This document shows, piece after piece, positions 30,737 through 46,135 of a stretch of 64,000 nt of DNA (its first letter is position 1; every line of letters starts with the position of its first letter). This stretch comes from Eledone cirrhosa (Eukaryota). The notes beneath the pieces are model-generated. The model ran no database searches and was not told the origin of the DNA. It worked only from the letters and a program-made list of their open reading frames with translations. The translations under genes were made by a program, and so were the position numbers. Location: the NCBI GenBank assembly GCA_964016885.1, contig OZ024746.1, forward strand, positions 38,688,001 through 38,752,000, written 5' to 3'.

Positions 30737-31335
30737 GTGTGCGTGTGTGCGCGTGCGTGCAAAGATGCGTGTGTGTTTGTGCTTATATACATACAAATAT
30801 ATATAGAGACAGAGGGAGATAGAATTACTGAATGAAACTATACATATTACGGAATTGTAATGAATATTTTTGTTGAAATATGGATGTAGAAAACAAAATT
30901 AATTTAATCAAGACATAAAACTTATAACTGATTTGATTACAACTGAGATTTACACATCAAACTTTCCCTAACTGAAGAACCTAAAATTGATATCTCAAGA
31001 AATCATATTATAGATGAAGATGATTAATAAAAAATAAAAAATAAAAAGAAGGAGAAAGATGTAGCATCAATTTAGTTAGATTCTCTATGTTAAAAACCAG
31101 ACAACACCGAATTCCAATTAAGATGGCGGCAAAAGGTTGACTATCTCTAAGTTTATAGTATGTACTGTATTATATGTATAAGCCCCTGTGGCTAATAAAG
31201 ATCTCATTAACATAATTATTGCAAAAAAAGAACTAAAGGAAAAGGTAGATATTTGATAAATATGTGTGTCTATTTATAGATATAAGCACATATACACGTA
31301 CGCGCGCGCACGCGCACACACACACACACACACGC

Positions 31336-31372
<37 letters not shown>

Positions 31373-31419
31373 TATATATGTATGTGTATGTATATAATTA
31401 TTGCATTATGTACTTAAGC

Positions 31420-31610
31420 AGGCGGTGGATGGGCAGTATCGGTAGAGGGTCGAACGCCATTCTTTCCAGCATAGTTACGTCCCTTTACGGTCTGAGTTCA
31501 AATCCCGCCGAGGTTCACTTTGCCTTTCATCCTTACAGGGTCGATAAAATAAAGTACCAGTAATGCACTGGGTAATTGCTGGCCTTGTGCCTGAAGTAGA
31601 AACAATTATG
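31420..31610 (+). mobile_element. tRNA-derived SINE (major family)
   Basis: GGCGGTGGATGGGCAGTATCGG...GAGTTCAAATCCC...GCCTTTCATCC. Confidence 0.85.
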
Positions 31611-32212
31611 TACTTAAGCAAGAAACTTTATTTCACGTTGCTCCTTCTACCTGGATTTGCGACAGATAGATAGTATTAGCAATTGAAACGACCAATAGAA
31701 ACAGTGTTTCATCGGTCTGATTTGCTTCACTGCTCGCCAGGACAAAGAAGGCAAACTATCAAAGTATCAGCCGGTTTCTGATAGATTTGTGGTCGAGTCA
31801 GTGGCAGTGAAGACCACCGGCGTTCTTCGACCCTGGACAATATCACTACTCACTGCTAACGAGGGGGGGGGGGGGAGTCTCCCTCGCCATCCTCCGAGGC
31901 AACCTTTTCTCCATCCTATCCGCCGGAACCACGAGGTGGAGTGACCCTTGAACAGTTAGTGGTAGATAAAGATCTTATACAGATCAAACGCACGCACATA
32001 GCCAAACACAGTGTAAACAATCACAATTAGTGTTGTTTCCGCCTCACTATTACAGAACCTACAATAGGTGATTTGATGGCAAAACATTTGATGAGCGATT
32101 TAGTGCGATCGGTAAATAGGATTTTCTGGAGTACGACAATTAAGTGGTTCGAATAACCTAAACATTTCTATTCATAAATATTTAGATATTTACTATATAT
32201 GATAAATAGACA

Positions 32213-32291
<79 letters not shown>

Positions 32292-32530
32292 TAATGTGTG
32301 TTTCCCAGTGGATTGAAAAAATTGATAAATATCTTTAATCGATTTTTGCAAGGTACGATTGGTAGTGATTGAACTCGACTCTGGAATCAATAGCTCATCA
32401 AGCTTGTGGATTCTCGTGTAAAAATATAATCTTCATTGTGGCTACGTGGTGAGTCTTGTTACTCTGGAGATTCACCAGTACACTCACAAAATCATCTGAC
32501 ATATATATATATAATATATATGTGTGTATA

Positions 32531-32591
<61 letters not shown>

Positions 32592-32764
32592 ATTTATATA
32601 TCCGTATTCTAGTTCCGTAACTCCTGAAGGGATTATAGGGACACCACATTGACAATTCTAGGGCATTTCTTAAACCTATATCGGAATAGGTGAAAAGCTA
32701 CTGTGACTCAAGGGTCTACAGTTTTGTTGCGATACACTAACCAATATTTGATATGTTTAGAGGC

Positions 32765-32953
32765 TAATAATTGTTTCTACTTTTGGAACAAGGCCAGCAA
32801 TTACCCAGTACATTACTGGTACTTTATTTTATCGACCCCGTAAGGATGAAAGGCAAAGTTAACCTCGGCGGGATTTGAACTCAGACCGTAAAGGGACGTA
32901 ACTATGCTGGAAAGCATGTCCAACACTCTACCGATACTGCCAATTCACCGCCC
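32765..32953 (-). mobile_element. tRNA-derived SINE (major family) with apparent target-site duplication
   Basis: TTAGAGGCTAATAAT occurs on both sides (32757 and 32954). Confidence 0.85.
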
Positions 32954-32978
32954 TTAGAGGCTAATAATGAAAAAAGAT

Positions 32979-33011
<33 letters not shown>

Positions 33012-33013
33012 CC

Positions 33014-33067
<54 letters not shown>

Positions 33068-33076
33068 GTATGTATG

Positions 33077-33113
<37 letters not shown>

Positions 33114-33400
33114 CACGCTGCTTTGTGTATGGAGTTCTGTATTTCCCATTCGTAAATCCAAGGTTATATTTTAAAGTATACAGATATATGTATGTATATA
33201 TTTGTGTGTATGTGTATATATGTATATGTGTATGTATGCGTATGTCTATCTTGTGTGTGCGTGATTGCACTTGTATGTACATCAATGTATGCCTATTTCC
33301 ACAGTGCACTGTGGTAAGTAATATTTATCCTGTCTGTTTCCATCAAGTTAAATAGATTCCAAGATCCAACGTTTGTGAGTGTGTATGTTTGTGTGTGAGT

Positions 33401-33438
<38 letters not shown>

Positions 33439-33449
33439 GTGTGTGTGTG

Positions 33450-33535
<86 letters not shown>

Positions 33536-34888
33536 GATGAAAGAGAAGAACTATTCTTTTAGTCCATTAGATAGCAGCGTTGATAGAGTCTTCTAGAATC
33601 TCCAATGGCAGCAACTTTAAAACCCGATGTACTGAATGAAACATGAATAACCAGCTTCGCAAATTATAACTCACTGAAAATTATTGATTTTCTTTAAGAG
33701 AAGTAGAGTGACGAAAAGAGTAATGCAAAATACATTTTTGTTATTTAGTTGCATCCCTTTATATTGTAATTTCAAATTTCGCCGGATTTGTCCTTGCCTG
33801 AAAATTCCTTCAGGGTAGAAATCATTTCAATATTATTTAGTTTAGAAATTATTTTTGGAATCATTTTTTCAAACGACGTCATGTGATGAAGAAGAGAAGA
33901 TAAGATGAACGAATGGTCAACGAAAGAGGTGAGGATAATGAAGGAGAAACTTCCTTCCAGCGTACAAAAGACAGTTTTCTCCCTCTGGTTCAAAATTCTA
34001 GAGAAAAAATACGAAGATTTAACCAGTAACAGAAAAACTACTACCACCGCTCCCGGCACCTCTGCGAGTGGTTGTAGCAGCAAAACAACACCAATATGTT
34101 TCTTAAAAGTTACTGTCATGACAACAATTACAGTACCTTCCCTACCTCAACCAGTACGACCAGTCGTAACAAGATAGCATTACAGAATACATTTAAAAAT
34201 AAACATCACACGAAATCTTGCCCAACAAATTTTAAAAATGCAATACAACATTAATGACTTCAAAAGCACCATTATATAGCAAAAGTATTTATCATCACAC
34301 ATGACATTCATGTTGAGATAATTCAGGGAATATTCTTACTATTTCAACACTGAACACTCAACATTGCAAATTACACTTCCATCGGATCGTAAACAGACCC
34401 TTTTATAGATGTAGCTCTTTTAACATATATAAAAGTAAACGTGCAACATACAAATATCGCATACAAATGACAAACACAACCAAATAAGAGATCTCACTAC
34501 ACTAAAAATGCAGCAACATAAGTTACATTAATATAATAATAAACCTCACCAAAACGCCCCACCAGTATTAACACCTTATAAACCATCATCATTAGATACG
34601 ACTTCAATACACTCAGCAACAACAAAAAATGTCTATCTGGAACCCAGAGTCTCATCAGGCCGGTGCTTAGCCCGGTTTTCGTGGCGTGAAGGAAATGACT
34701 GAGAACACAATACTTCCCTCTGGACACGATGCCAGTTCATCGCAGGGTTAAACCCCCAGCTATTGCTGGTACTAATTCTTAGTTGAGTATAGTAAAACAA
34801 CGTGAAATGAAATATACATATATGCGGTGCCCCAGCATGATCTCAACCGAATGGCTGGAACAGGAACAAGAGTAAAAGAGTATATATA

Positions 34889-34931
<43 letters not shown>

Positions 34932-34936
<5 letters not shown>

Positions 34937-35156
34937 ATATTAACAAATGGAAACTATATTTATAAAACCATATTTATTTCATTATACATATTTCAAGGAC
35001 ACCAAAGAAGATTATGGTGCGCTTTCATCAGATAAAATATAATATAGATCAGTTTTATAAACAAATATTGACATACCCTTAAAAGAATACGACCATGCTT
35101 TATATCAGTTATAAAAATATTTGCTTGTTGTATCCCAACAAATTAAATATAACTTC

Positions 35157-35158
<2 letters not shown>
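34932..35158. mobile_element. Family A element with HHR at 34976-35038 (minus)
   Basis: Minus strand: attttat-CTGATGA-aagcgcacca...tggtgtcctt-GAAA-tatgta-TA-atgaaat. Joined to a plus-oriented tail; (TA)n flanks. Confidence 0.8.
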
Positions 35159-35244
<86 letters not shown>

Positions 35245-35249
<5 letters not shown>

Positions 35250-35500
35250 TAAAACAGAAAACAAAAGCAATAACGAAGAGTGCAGTACAAAGTGTTAGTA
35301 TTAGGTTCACGCTTAAGAGTGGGGGTGGGGGACGACGTTTCGGGCATAAGGCCTCCATCAGGAGAAAAGTGGGAAGGGAAAGAGTTCCGTGGGTGTGAGG
35401 AGGAGTGGTGAAAAGGCATTAAAAGCGGGGGAGGGGGAGAAGGGAAGGAAAAAAAATTAAAAAGAGGGTAAAAAAATTAAAATGAAACAAGTGGTGAAAG
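35245..35500 (-). mobile_element. Solo pLTR related to the 17-22 kb Penelope element
   Basis: Minus strand CTGATGG-a-ggccttatgccc-GAAACGTCGTCCCCCACC...GCGTGAA...TTGTACTGC, ending in (TA)n. Confidence 0.7.
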
Positions 35501-35914
35501 GGTATGTATATATATTTTATTCCATCTGTACACTGAAAAATATAAAAATAAACATTATCTTTATGCATTTTTGCGAATATTGTCTCATCATCAGAAGTTA
35601 ATCCCACTATGGCTCTGTGTACGGAGGATTCTCTTAATAGCATTGCTCTGTATGTCAAGTGAGATGTAGAATATAGCAGAAATGGTCAGTCTATTTTGTA
35701 TATTCTCTCTGACAATTAATTAAGTAAATGATAAATAATTATGCTAGGACACGCCGTATTTTAGAAGATCTAAAGAGAATTTAAGGTGAAATTACTTTTG
35801 CATTCCTTTCCAAACTGACAACAATAATTCACCCGGTAGAAAGTAATCATTTACCAACTTGGATCTATTTCTACAGTTTCATTCTTTCCCCTTCCCTTTC
35901 TCTCTCTCTCTCTC

Positions 35915-35984
<70 letters not shown>

Positions 35985-36556
35985 TTCTCCACTCATTCTC
36001 CCTCCGTTTCTCTCTCTCCCTCTCTCTCTCTTTCTCTCTCTCGTATAATGCATCTTTTCATTTATTTAACTCGCTCTAGTTCATAGTATCTGCAATATCC
36101 GCTCTTTTTCAAGTTCAATATTTATAATAAACATAAAACTATAAAAAGGACGACCGCTTAGGTCAAATATAATACATAAAATATAATATTCATAAAACTA
36201 GAACAAAATCTGCCTCTGAATTAGAGAGCAACAAATATGCTCCTAATAAATAAGCTAATTTTAAAAGACATACCCTATGTGAGTATATTGATTAGGAAAG
36301 AGGTATAGTGTCAATAATGGTAAAAGAAATTAAGCACAGAAGACAACGAAAGCATTGGGCATTGAAAAAATACTGAGAAGAGCAAGGCAGGCGAAAGAGG
36401 AACATCACTTTTTCAACATTCGTTGGATGTTTCTTCAATTTCAACTCTTGTGTGTTCTGTTATTAATTCTGGTAATATTATTACAACAATATGACCCTCC
36501 CCAAGTATAATATATATATGTGTGTGTGTGTATATATATATATGTATATATATATA

Positions 36557-36688
<132 letters not shown>

Positions 36689-36986
36689 GTTCAAGAGTAA
36701 CCAATCTTAAAGGGAGAGATGGAGATAGGAGAGGAGATATGAGAGGAGAGATTGGTGAATTAGTTAGAAGCCAAAGCGTAAAGGCATGTGCTCAATGTGC
36801 AATATGCAGTAGAAAGCAGCTAGGTGGCTGGGTTCATGCAGAAGTTAGGTGCGCAGAGCTGGAAATATTTATTAGTTAAGCAAAACAAGACCACAAATTT
36901 CACAAGGAAGACATTCTTAAAAGATTGTCAACATATTTTAGTTTGATGTAAGGAATGTAGAGAATAATAATAATAATATTAATAAT

Positions 36987-37173
36987 AATTGTTTCTACTT
37001 TAGGCACAAGGCCAGCAATTACCCAGTACATTACTGGTACTTTATTTTATCGACCCCGTAAGGAGGAAAGGCAAAGTTAACCTCGGCGGGATTTGAACTC
37101 AGATCGTAAAGAGACGTAACTATGCTGGAAAGCATGGCGTCCGACTCTCTACCGATACTGCCAATCCACCGCC
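36987..37173 (-). mobile_element. tRNA-derived SINE inserted in the PLE pLTR (AAT)n
   Basis: Full-length major-family copy flanked by a duplicated ATAATATTAATAATAA. Confidence 0.85.
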
Positions 37174-37202
37174 CTATTATAATATTAATAATAATAATGT
37201 CC

Positions 37203-37322
37203 GTTTACAATTGTTTCGCTACTCCATATAATATTTCTGGATCAGATGACTATATATCATAATTGATCTGGTTCAGTTGAAAATAATTAACATATTTAAA
37301 AGACAGAGTGGCTCATCGGAAC
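37203..37322 (-). ncRNA. HHR fold with a long loop II and core CCGATGA
   Basis: gtt-CCGATGA-gccactc...gagtagc-GAAA-caattg-TA-aac. Confidence 0.55.
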
Positions 37323-38946
37323 TTCAAAGGAATATAAATTAAAATAATGAGATAATGTTACATAATATAATGTTCTTGGTTGCATCGGTTGTCAGCCATA
37401 ATCAAGCAGTATTCATCTGTAGAGGCTGCATTGTGTGAGATCTGCCTATGGGTAACAAGATGGCTGCCAAAGGGCATATTTACCTTACTAATTAGAGGGT
37501 GGTTTCAGGGGAAGTAACTTCTCGAGAGATTAGAAATTGTGGGTGTTTGTAGTTAAGTGCTAATTTTTAAAATGTTTTTAATTGAGAGACAATGTAGGGG
37601 AGGTAACTTATAATTTTCGAGTTGTTCATAGCAATTTAACTTATTAGCTACAAGTAAAAATGGGTCTACATGACTAAGTTGGGTCAAAAATTCTATTGGC
37701 GAAGGAATTAGCCCTTCGATGTTGACAGCTAATAGTTACCTCCGTTCTTTTGTTAATCGGTAGAGGTCGTGATAGAGTTATGTAATATGCTTCCGTAATA
37801 CAGAGATCACAAGATTTTCTTCGTCCATTGAACGGTTGGGCCCTAGCCACGATATCCCATTTTAGTGAGTGTTGAACGTTGTTTAATTTAAGGTTTTTAA
37901 TGAGCCTAGCTAGCGATGTCGAACATATGTTGCTAGAGTCTCGGAAGGAAAAAGAGTGCGCGTTATAGCGTACCTTAAAAGGGTTAGAGGTAAACCCGAT
38001 ATAAGAGCTGGTATTCGAAGCAGTCTTAACCGTGCACCTATAGACTATGTTGGGTGTCAGGCAGTGTCCATTTAATGGGCATGCATTGGGGTAACGGCAG
38101 TTGTAGTTGCTTCTGCGGTTAGTGAGAGTAGGGTTGTTTAACCTAAGCGGTAGGTCCGTGCTAGAAGGATTAGATGGGGGAGGTGTGCTACTAGAGTAAT
38201 TATTGGTGTAGTGGCGTGGTGTATTTGATAGGGGTGGTGGTACCGCGGTGTGGGAGTTATACTGTCTTAGCTTATAATGGTTACTGAACGCGGTGTGGCT
38301 AGCTAGGTTAGGTGTTGTGGAGAATTAGATTTTAATGTTATTTTTATTAAAGAGTTTGTAATATCTATGGTTGGGGGGAAGTGTTTAGATAGGATATAGA
38401 AGAAGCGATTGGGGATATTAGTGGCTAGATTAGATAAGAATGGGGGGTTAAGCCAGGTGATATTTCTAGGTCTATTCCTTCTAGGGGTTCTAGTGGAGTT
38501 GGTGGGGGCCTTCCTAGAGTTATTATTACCTGGGGGTTTGTTATTTGTGATCCCATTTCTCATTCCTATTCTAGGGTTGATTTTTAGTTTACTACTTGGA
38601 GTGGGGAGCAGGCCGCTGCCACCATTAAAGTTCCCTGTATAGGTGCTGTTACTGCTAAAATTCCGGCGAATCTGGCTATATGCTAAGGTATTTCTAGTTC
38701 TGGTGTTAAGTTTATTATGGTGAATTGCTGTGTTATGGCATTTAGGTATGGAATAAATTGATTGTTTATAACCAGATTCAGAGAGAGCCTTATTATAATA
38801 TTGTGCGTGTTTTATAAATATCTCCTCATTATAAATATCTCCTTATTATTAATATTATTATTATTATTCTCTACATTCCTTACATCAAACTAAAATATGT
38901 TGACAATCTTTTAATAATATCTTCCTTGTGAATATATATATATATA

Positions 38947-39042
38947 ATAGTAGAGCACTGGAGAGTTATATCGAGTTGAGGATCCGCATAAGGTAAAACA
39001 TTTGTTCTCGGTATGGTGAACTAACTGTTGTGGAACTACTTA
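38947..39042. mobile_element. Family D fold-back remnant
   Basis: Matches both the tail end and the HHR arm of 58412-58625. Confidence 0.65.
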
Positions 39043-39064
39043 TATATTCGCGAACGAAACCCTG

Positions 39065-39365
39065 AAGGGTAGAAACGTAATCCTGGTATGTGTATATGCA
39101 TTTTTTCTTCTAACTTTAATTTTATACCTAATTGTGTAAGGTTAACGATATATTTAATCGATTTCTGCGTGCTATTGAAATGCTGGGTAAATATTCTATA
39201 GCTGTTGATCGCGAATAGATGGCTGTCGTTTATTTATCTATTATTACTTCATAGGTGCCTTTTAATCTTATAGCCTGGTTTAATTGATTTTGTGTGTGGT
39301 TGATTATGCTAATTGGGAGAGGAAATGGTGTATATATACTATCAAATGATTGTATGGACATAATT
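39065..39365. repeat. Dispersed ~300-bp repeat (second copy 41680-41980)
   Basis: Collinear similarity from GGGTAGAAAC to ATCAAATGATT.TATGGACATA. Confidence 0.7.
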
Positions 39366-39433
39366 TATAGTATATATATTTATTTATTTATTTATATATG
39401 TGTGTGTATATGTGTATGTGTGTGTGTGTGTGT

Positions 39434-39579
<146 letters not shown>

Positions 39580-39780
39580 ACATTTATATATATATAGATA
39601 TAAATAAATATATATGTGTGTGTGTGTATATATATATATATTCTTGCTCGACGAGGTCGGGGTTATCCTAAGCCACCAATCCCAAAGCATCGTCGTGCGT
39701 AGAGCCGACTAGGTCCACATATATGTGTGTAAACAAACACACACACAGAGAAAATATGTATGTGCATATATATATATATA

Positions 39781-39960
39781 TAACGAAGGAAATGTGGTAA
39801 GGAACCAGGTGGACCATAACGCACCAAAGTACTCAATACTAGGGGTAGTAGAGTGGGTAATAGGAACCAGTAAGACCCCGACGGCTGAGCTCAAGCCGTT
39901 TCGACGGCTAAATTAGCCGTCGAAACGGCTTGAGCTCAGCCGTCGGGGTCTTACTGGTTC

Positions 39961-39962
<2 letters not shown>
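39781..39962 (-). mobile_element. Family C fold-back mini-element
   Basis: Palindrome 39863-39961 with tail 39781-39862 and (TA)n flanks. Carries the 3' half of an HHR (GAAA-cggct..agccg-TC). Confidence 0.85.
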
Positions 39963-40027
<65 letters not shown>

Positions 40028-43000
40028 TACGCAATTATTTTTACCTCATGATATCTTTACATATACTCTAGACAATTTACTTTACTATTATTAATACCTA
40101 CTGCCTACACACCATATTTACTCATGGCAAATGTCTCTATTTACAGTATATGTGTGTGTCTGTCTCTCTGTATCTGTGTGTGCGCCTGAATATGTGTCAA
40201 TGTATGTGTCTATGTGTATGTGTATGTGTGTTTTTGTGGGACGTGTGTATGTGTATATATGTGTGAATTTCTGTGCTTGTGTATGCGGATATATTCGTAC
40301 TTTTGTTTTACTTCACATTTGTTCGTATGCGCATGCCTGCAACTGTCTGTGTTAAATCAATGAGATATTCAACTATCGATCTTGCCAGCTAGACAACTAT
40401 TCTCTCTCTCTCCCTCTCTCACTCCCTCTCTCTCTCACTCCATCGCTCTCTGTTGGTCACTCTCTCTCTCCCTCTCTCACTCCCTCTCTCTCTCACTCCA
40501 TCGCTCTCTGTTGGTCACTCTCTCTCTCTCTTTCTATCTCTTTCCTCTTGTATATATATTTATATATATATTAATATGTATATATGTGCGTGTTTGTACA
40601 CATATATACATATGTACATGCATGTATTCATACAAGTTTGTATACGTAAGTATAATATATATATATATATATATATATACCAATATATTGGTATGTTTAT
40701 GCACGGATGTGTACATCTTTATGTTTATCTACATGTATGAATGTGTCCACACTGAAAATCCATAACCATAAAAATTGTTAGATGGTTGGCTGATTATCAA
40801 ATTCTTCTTCCTATCAATCTCTCTATCCATCCATATCTAGTTATGTAATTGCCATTCTGTCTGAATAATTGTCTATCCACTTATTTTACTTCAGCCCGGC
40901 TATCAAATCGGATGCTTATAAATAGCATAGCAGACCTCTTTTATATGGAAATATGTCGACTATAGGTATATTAAAGAATGCTCCGAGAAAAATGACTCTA
41001 GAGGACCCACTGGCATGAATTTTCTTAATTCGAGAAGATGATAATACACTAAATGATGCATACAAAGAATTAGGATTTGCCTCTTTGATGGAAAATGAAT
41101 ACAAAATCCTAGCGTTATATGTTAGCGACTCACCGAAAAATGGGAAGATTTTTGTTGTTTTTAAATGAGAGAATTGGTTAAACAGAAGGTTGAATTTTCA
41201 TGAGATTTTGTGTGTTATTGAATGGCTAAAGTGGCTCTACCATTCAATAATTGAATGCTCGTACGTGGTAGAGAAATTACTACATGGAAGAGTCATTGTA
41301 ACCATTTAAAACACGCCGAAAATGAAAAATAAATTTAAATTTCAAATCATTTGCAATCAAATTGTCTCAGTGACTAGGTCGCAGCATTGCGGTGAACATT
41401 TTCACGGTAAGAAATATATATATATGTACACACAAAATATAGAGGTTTACATATACATAAACTGCGCTTTCTAGCAACCAGCCTACTCGCCGTCAGACAC
41501 CAATCACAAGCTTTCTGACTTGACCACTAGTCATGTGACAATTCTTAGCCATTTTGAATTCGTTTCTGACGGGGATCATTTAAGAAAAATCTTTGTCCAT
41601 TTGAGTTTGTTTCCTGATGATTTCGAAACTCGTTTATTTATCCATGATCGGATATTTCCAAAAAGCGAATGAAATCTTCGGGGGTAGAAACATGATTTCG
41701 GTATGTTTATGTACATTTTTTCTTCTAACTTTGATTTTGTACCTAATTGTGTATGGTTAACTATATGTCTAGTCAGTTTCTACGGGCTATTAGAAATACT
41801 GGGTAAATTTTCTGTGGCTATGGATCGCGGATAAAATAGTTATCATTTATTTATCTATTGTTTCTTCATAGGTACATTTTAAACTTATAGCCTCGTTTAA
41901 TTGATTTTTTATGTGGTTGATTATGCTGATTGTGAGAAGAAATGCTGTATATATTTTATCAAATGATTCTATGGACATACTTTCTTATACATATACATAC
42001 ATACATATACAAATGTAACAGATGTTGTGTTTTTTAATAGCTAAAGTGACTCTTCCACGTTGTAATTGAATGTTCAAGCTTAATGAAGAGGTCTGATGCT
42101 TGTTACCGATCTTATTAGATAAAGTACTAGCTACGTTTAACGAACTTCATCTCTCAAAGTCTCCTAATTTTAAGGCACTGTAGATCTTCAATTCCAACCC
42201 GCCCACTCCTTGTTTTTAAAACTAAATCTATCAGATTCAGAAGCTAAGTTATTTGAGAGAACCAGCAGGGCCAGATATATCGTGGGAGCGATGGAGGCGA
42301 TTGCCTTAGCAGAGGATCTTTGTGAGACATGGTTTAGAGACTACTTTATAGTTAGTAGTGAATATTGTATAGGCTGCAGGGAGCATTTCATAGAGAATAG
42401 ATAATTCTAAAATGAAGAATCGTAACGAGTTTGTGTCTGTTATCAGCGCAGAAATTACCAGCGTGTACCCATGCTCCATTTTCTCTTGGAAAAAGTTTTA
42501 ACCCCAAAATATCGAAATACTAGGCAAAGGTGTAAACTGTTGCTTTGTTTTATTTTGCTTTCATTTTTATACCTTTAGTTCCAACTTGAATTGTATCGGC
42601 TTTCTAAAACAAGTTTAGGTATTCATTGCTTCATATGAACTCTAATTCTCTACTAGTGAATATTGGTCATGATTTGTGTAACTGTTGCTTAGTCACAGGT
42701 CAACCATGTCAAAGTAAACTTCCAATCTGACTTTTTTTCCTGAAATTGTTTATTCTTACACAGATACTGCATAATATGATAGTTGCAGCTTGAAAACTTC
42801 TGTCTCCCTAATAATGAGATTTAGAGCGAGTGTTTATTGTTGGCTATTTTTTCGGTGTGTATTATTTACATTCGGTGATTACTTCGCGTTTGTTCTATAA
42901 GTATTTACATTCAGATTTAGGTGTTTGACAGTCAGTCTGATTTGCTTAATTATTTATATCTAATGTGTTCTTCCGTATTTTAAGACGTGAAATGGTTTGA

Positions 43001-43428
43001 TATGTAAACGATTTCACAATAATTTGTAAAAGGTAGAGCAGTCATGTAATCATTTAAAGATAATAAAAACCCTTTATGGGGAGTGAGAGCAGGTAAATGT
43101 CTCTTTCTTAGTAATTGTGTTCGGTTCTGCAACACAACAAAACATTTGTCACTTCATTATATTGGTACCATTACTTGCATTACTTGAAGAACTATATAAC
43201 CCAGAGTATCAACTTATAGCTATGTACGAACAAACGAGGAACCTGTATGTTGGCTGCTCGAACTGCTAGAAATAAGAACCAAATCACGCTCAACATACTT
43301 CCTTTTTAAAACAAGAACACATCGGATAAACCTATATACCCAATAGGCAATCAGGCTCCGTATTTTTTGTGTTGGTATTTGTCTTAAAATATTCAGCGCT
43401 TACTGAGTCTCAATTAGTGTAACTTTAA

Positions 43429-43528
<100 letters not shown>

Positions 43529-44059
43529 GAATAAACACAACCACAAGGATATGGTCCGAACGTGGTAGGGCCGAACGCCCACTGTCATTGCCTCTATCTC
43601 TCTCGCCCTCCACATCTCTCTGTATGGTGATCAAATGGGGTCCCACGTGCTGGCCTCCCCACAGCCATCCCCGGCGGACAGAATGGAGAAGACCTTTCCC
43701 CGGAGGAAGGTAAGGGAGATGCGTTGGAAGAGCCATTCCATCTCGCAATTTGTCTTTGTCTTTCTCAGTCCTATTTATCGTACTCTTCAGCTGGCCTATG
43801 AAAGGAGAGGACTTTCAGTCGGTACATCAGCCCTAGCTTCGTAGAATCAAGAAGAGACTCTGGAATATCTTATGCCCTGCCACCCAAAATTAAACCCCTC
43901 AAACTTCATTGAATTTTGAGAAGAACTCACCCCTACCCCAGCTCGCCACCTCCACTACTACTTGTTCTGCCTTGCAAAATCTTTCTAGGAGGTCTCGTTC
44001 TTCAGACAATAAATATTTGTGTAAATGTGTGTCTGTTTATATATATATATATATATATA

Positions 44060-44187
44060 TAGGAAAAGAGTCAGGACCCCGATGGATGACCTCCGGCCGT
44101 TTCGACAGCTAGGTCTGAACTTCCCTAAGTATCGAGTAGTCTGGTGCGTTATGGTCCACCTAGTTCCTTACCACACATCCTTCGTTT

Positions 44188-44188
<1 letters not shown>
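44060..44188. mobile_element. Family C diverged copy
   Basis: Inverted HHR half joined to the family C tail, in (TA)n. Confidence 0.65.
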
Positions 44189-44220
<32 letters not shown>

Positions 44221-44257
44221 GGGGGGGGAGAAAGAAAGAGAGAGAGAAAGAGAGAGA

Positions 44258-44292
<35 letters not shown>

Positions 44293-44316
44293 TATTATAT
44301 ATATATATATATATAT

Positions 44317-44482
44317 AGTAATAATAATGTGAAGACTAAAATCCAAAGAGGGCTCAATAAGGATAAATATATATCAAATATATAAGAACCGTAGAGCAAA
44401 TATTTATTAAAATAACAGATTAAAGTTTAAGCAAAGAATCGCTGCTTTCACCAAACTTTAATCTGTTATTTTAATAAATATA
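44317..44482 (-). mobile_element. Family B fold-back mini-element
   Basis: Arms 44401-44428 / 44453-44480; tail to 44317. Confidence 0.75.
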
Positions 44483-44494
44483 TATATATATATA

Positions 44495-45053
<559 letters not shown>

Positions 45054-45189
45054 GTGAGAGAGAGAAAGAGAGAGAGAGGGTGTATATATGTTTTTATGTA
45101 CATATACGTTTGATTTATATGCGAGTCTGTATAAGCATATTATATATCTGTGTATGAAAACAATATATATATTGTAGATATGAATTCTT

Positions 45190-45221
<32 letters not shown>

Positions 45222-45288
45222 TCTGATAAACAAATAAATAGATAGCTGCAGAGATAGATATGATTTGTCTGTCTGTTTGTATGCATAT

Positions 45289-46098
45289 CTGTATCATAAT
45301 CTATAAAGCTCAGTGTGTGGTCATGCTCCTTCGTTATAGAAATCTACGATATAGAATTTCTTTAATTGGAATTTACAATGAAGTACTCGAAATAGTTTCG
45401 ATTGCGTCTTGACGCAGATAATTTTTTCAATTTCACCCACAATTACACAAAAAATAGATAAAACTCAATATTTTACGATTTTTCTCTCTCATTTAAACTG
45501 CTGAACTCTTTCTACTACCATTCAAAATCTATACAACTTCATACTTTCTGCTACTTTCTCTTTCCAAGCTTGGTGGTGATACTGTCCGTTCACACCACTC
45601 CCTACTGTCTTAAATTTAGAAAACACATATCCTCTATGAGGTTACTAAACCTGCTAGAAACAGCAGCTAACTCTCCCCCATATCACACCCCTCCCTACTG
45701 TCTTAAATTTAGAAAACACATATCCTCTATGAGGTCACTAAACCTGCTAGAAACAACAGCTAACGCTCCCTCATATCACAACCCTCCCTACTGTCTTAAA
45801 TTTAGAAAACACACAGACAACCATGCAGAACAACTCCATCGCAGCTCTGTTGTTCGGCTGGCATCGTCTACGCGCGTGTTGCGCAAGTACTGTGAAACAA
45901 TAAATTTCAACACTTTTTTGAAAAGAGATAATATTCATAGGCGAAACTACAATTGTCACTGCTGGCGCAGCTCATGCTTCCAGGTCTGCAATTCATTCAC
46001 CCAGTGCCTGGCAGACAAAAAAGTGCTGCCATAAAATGGGTGGTGCAACCTAACTTTGGTAACTTAATGACCCCGAGCAACGCCGGGCTTTAATGCTA

Positions 46099-46099
<1 letters not shown>
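45289..46099 (+). mobile_element. Probable non-autonomous Helitron containing a 93-bp tandem repeat
   Basis: 3' hairpin CCCGAGCAACGCCGGG followed by GCTAG-T at 46069-46100. TC start in TCTGTATCATAATCTATAAAGC. 93-bp units at 45600, 45693 and 45786. Confidence 0.65.

Positions 46100-46135
<36 letters not shown>

Larger units (their letters stand above)
36690..38932 (-). mobile_element. 5'-truncated PLE with an inverted pLTR fragment at the truncation
   Basis: 36899-36990 is inverted at 38843-38932. Coding remnant: RNITWLNPPF...KHFPP, then CPLNGHCLTPNIVYRCTV...YIGFTSNPFKVRYNAH...KWDIV...CDLCITE...NKRTE (about 37690-38830). Confidence 0.85.

Noticed and set aside
33772-34420. ORFs 33772-34119 and 33905-34177 as host exons
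   Set aside because: No recognisable protein or splice structure; possibly a decayed retroelement.
34645-34695. CTGATGA with an upstream GAAA on the minus strand
   Set aside because: Helices cannot be formed in HHR order; the sequence looks like a SINE 3' portion.
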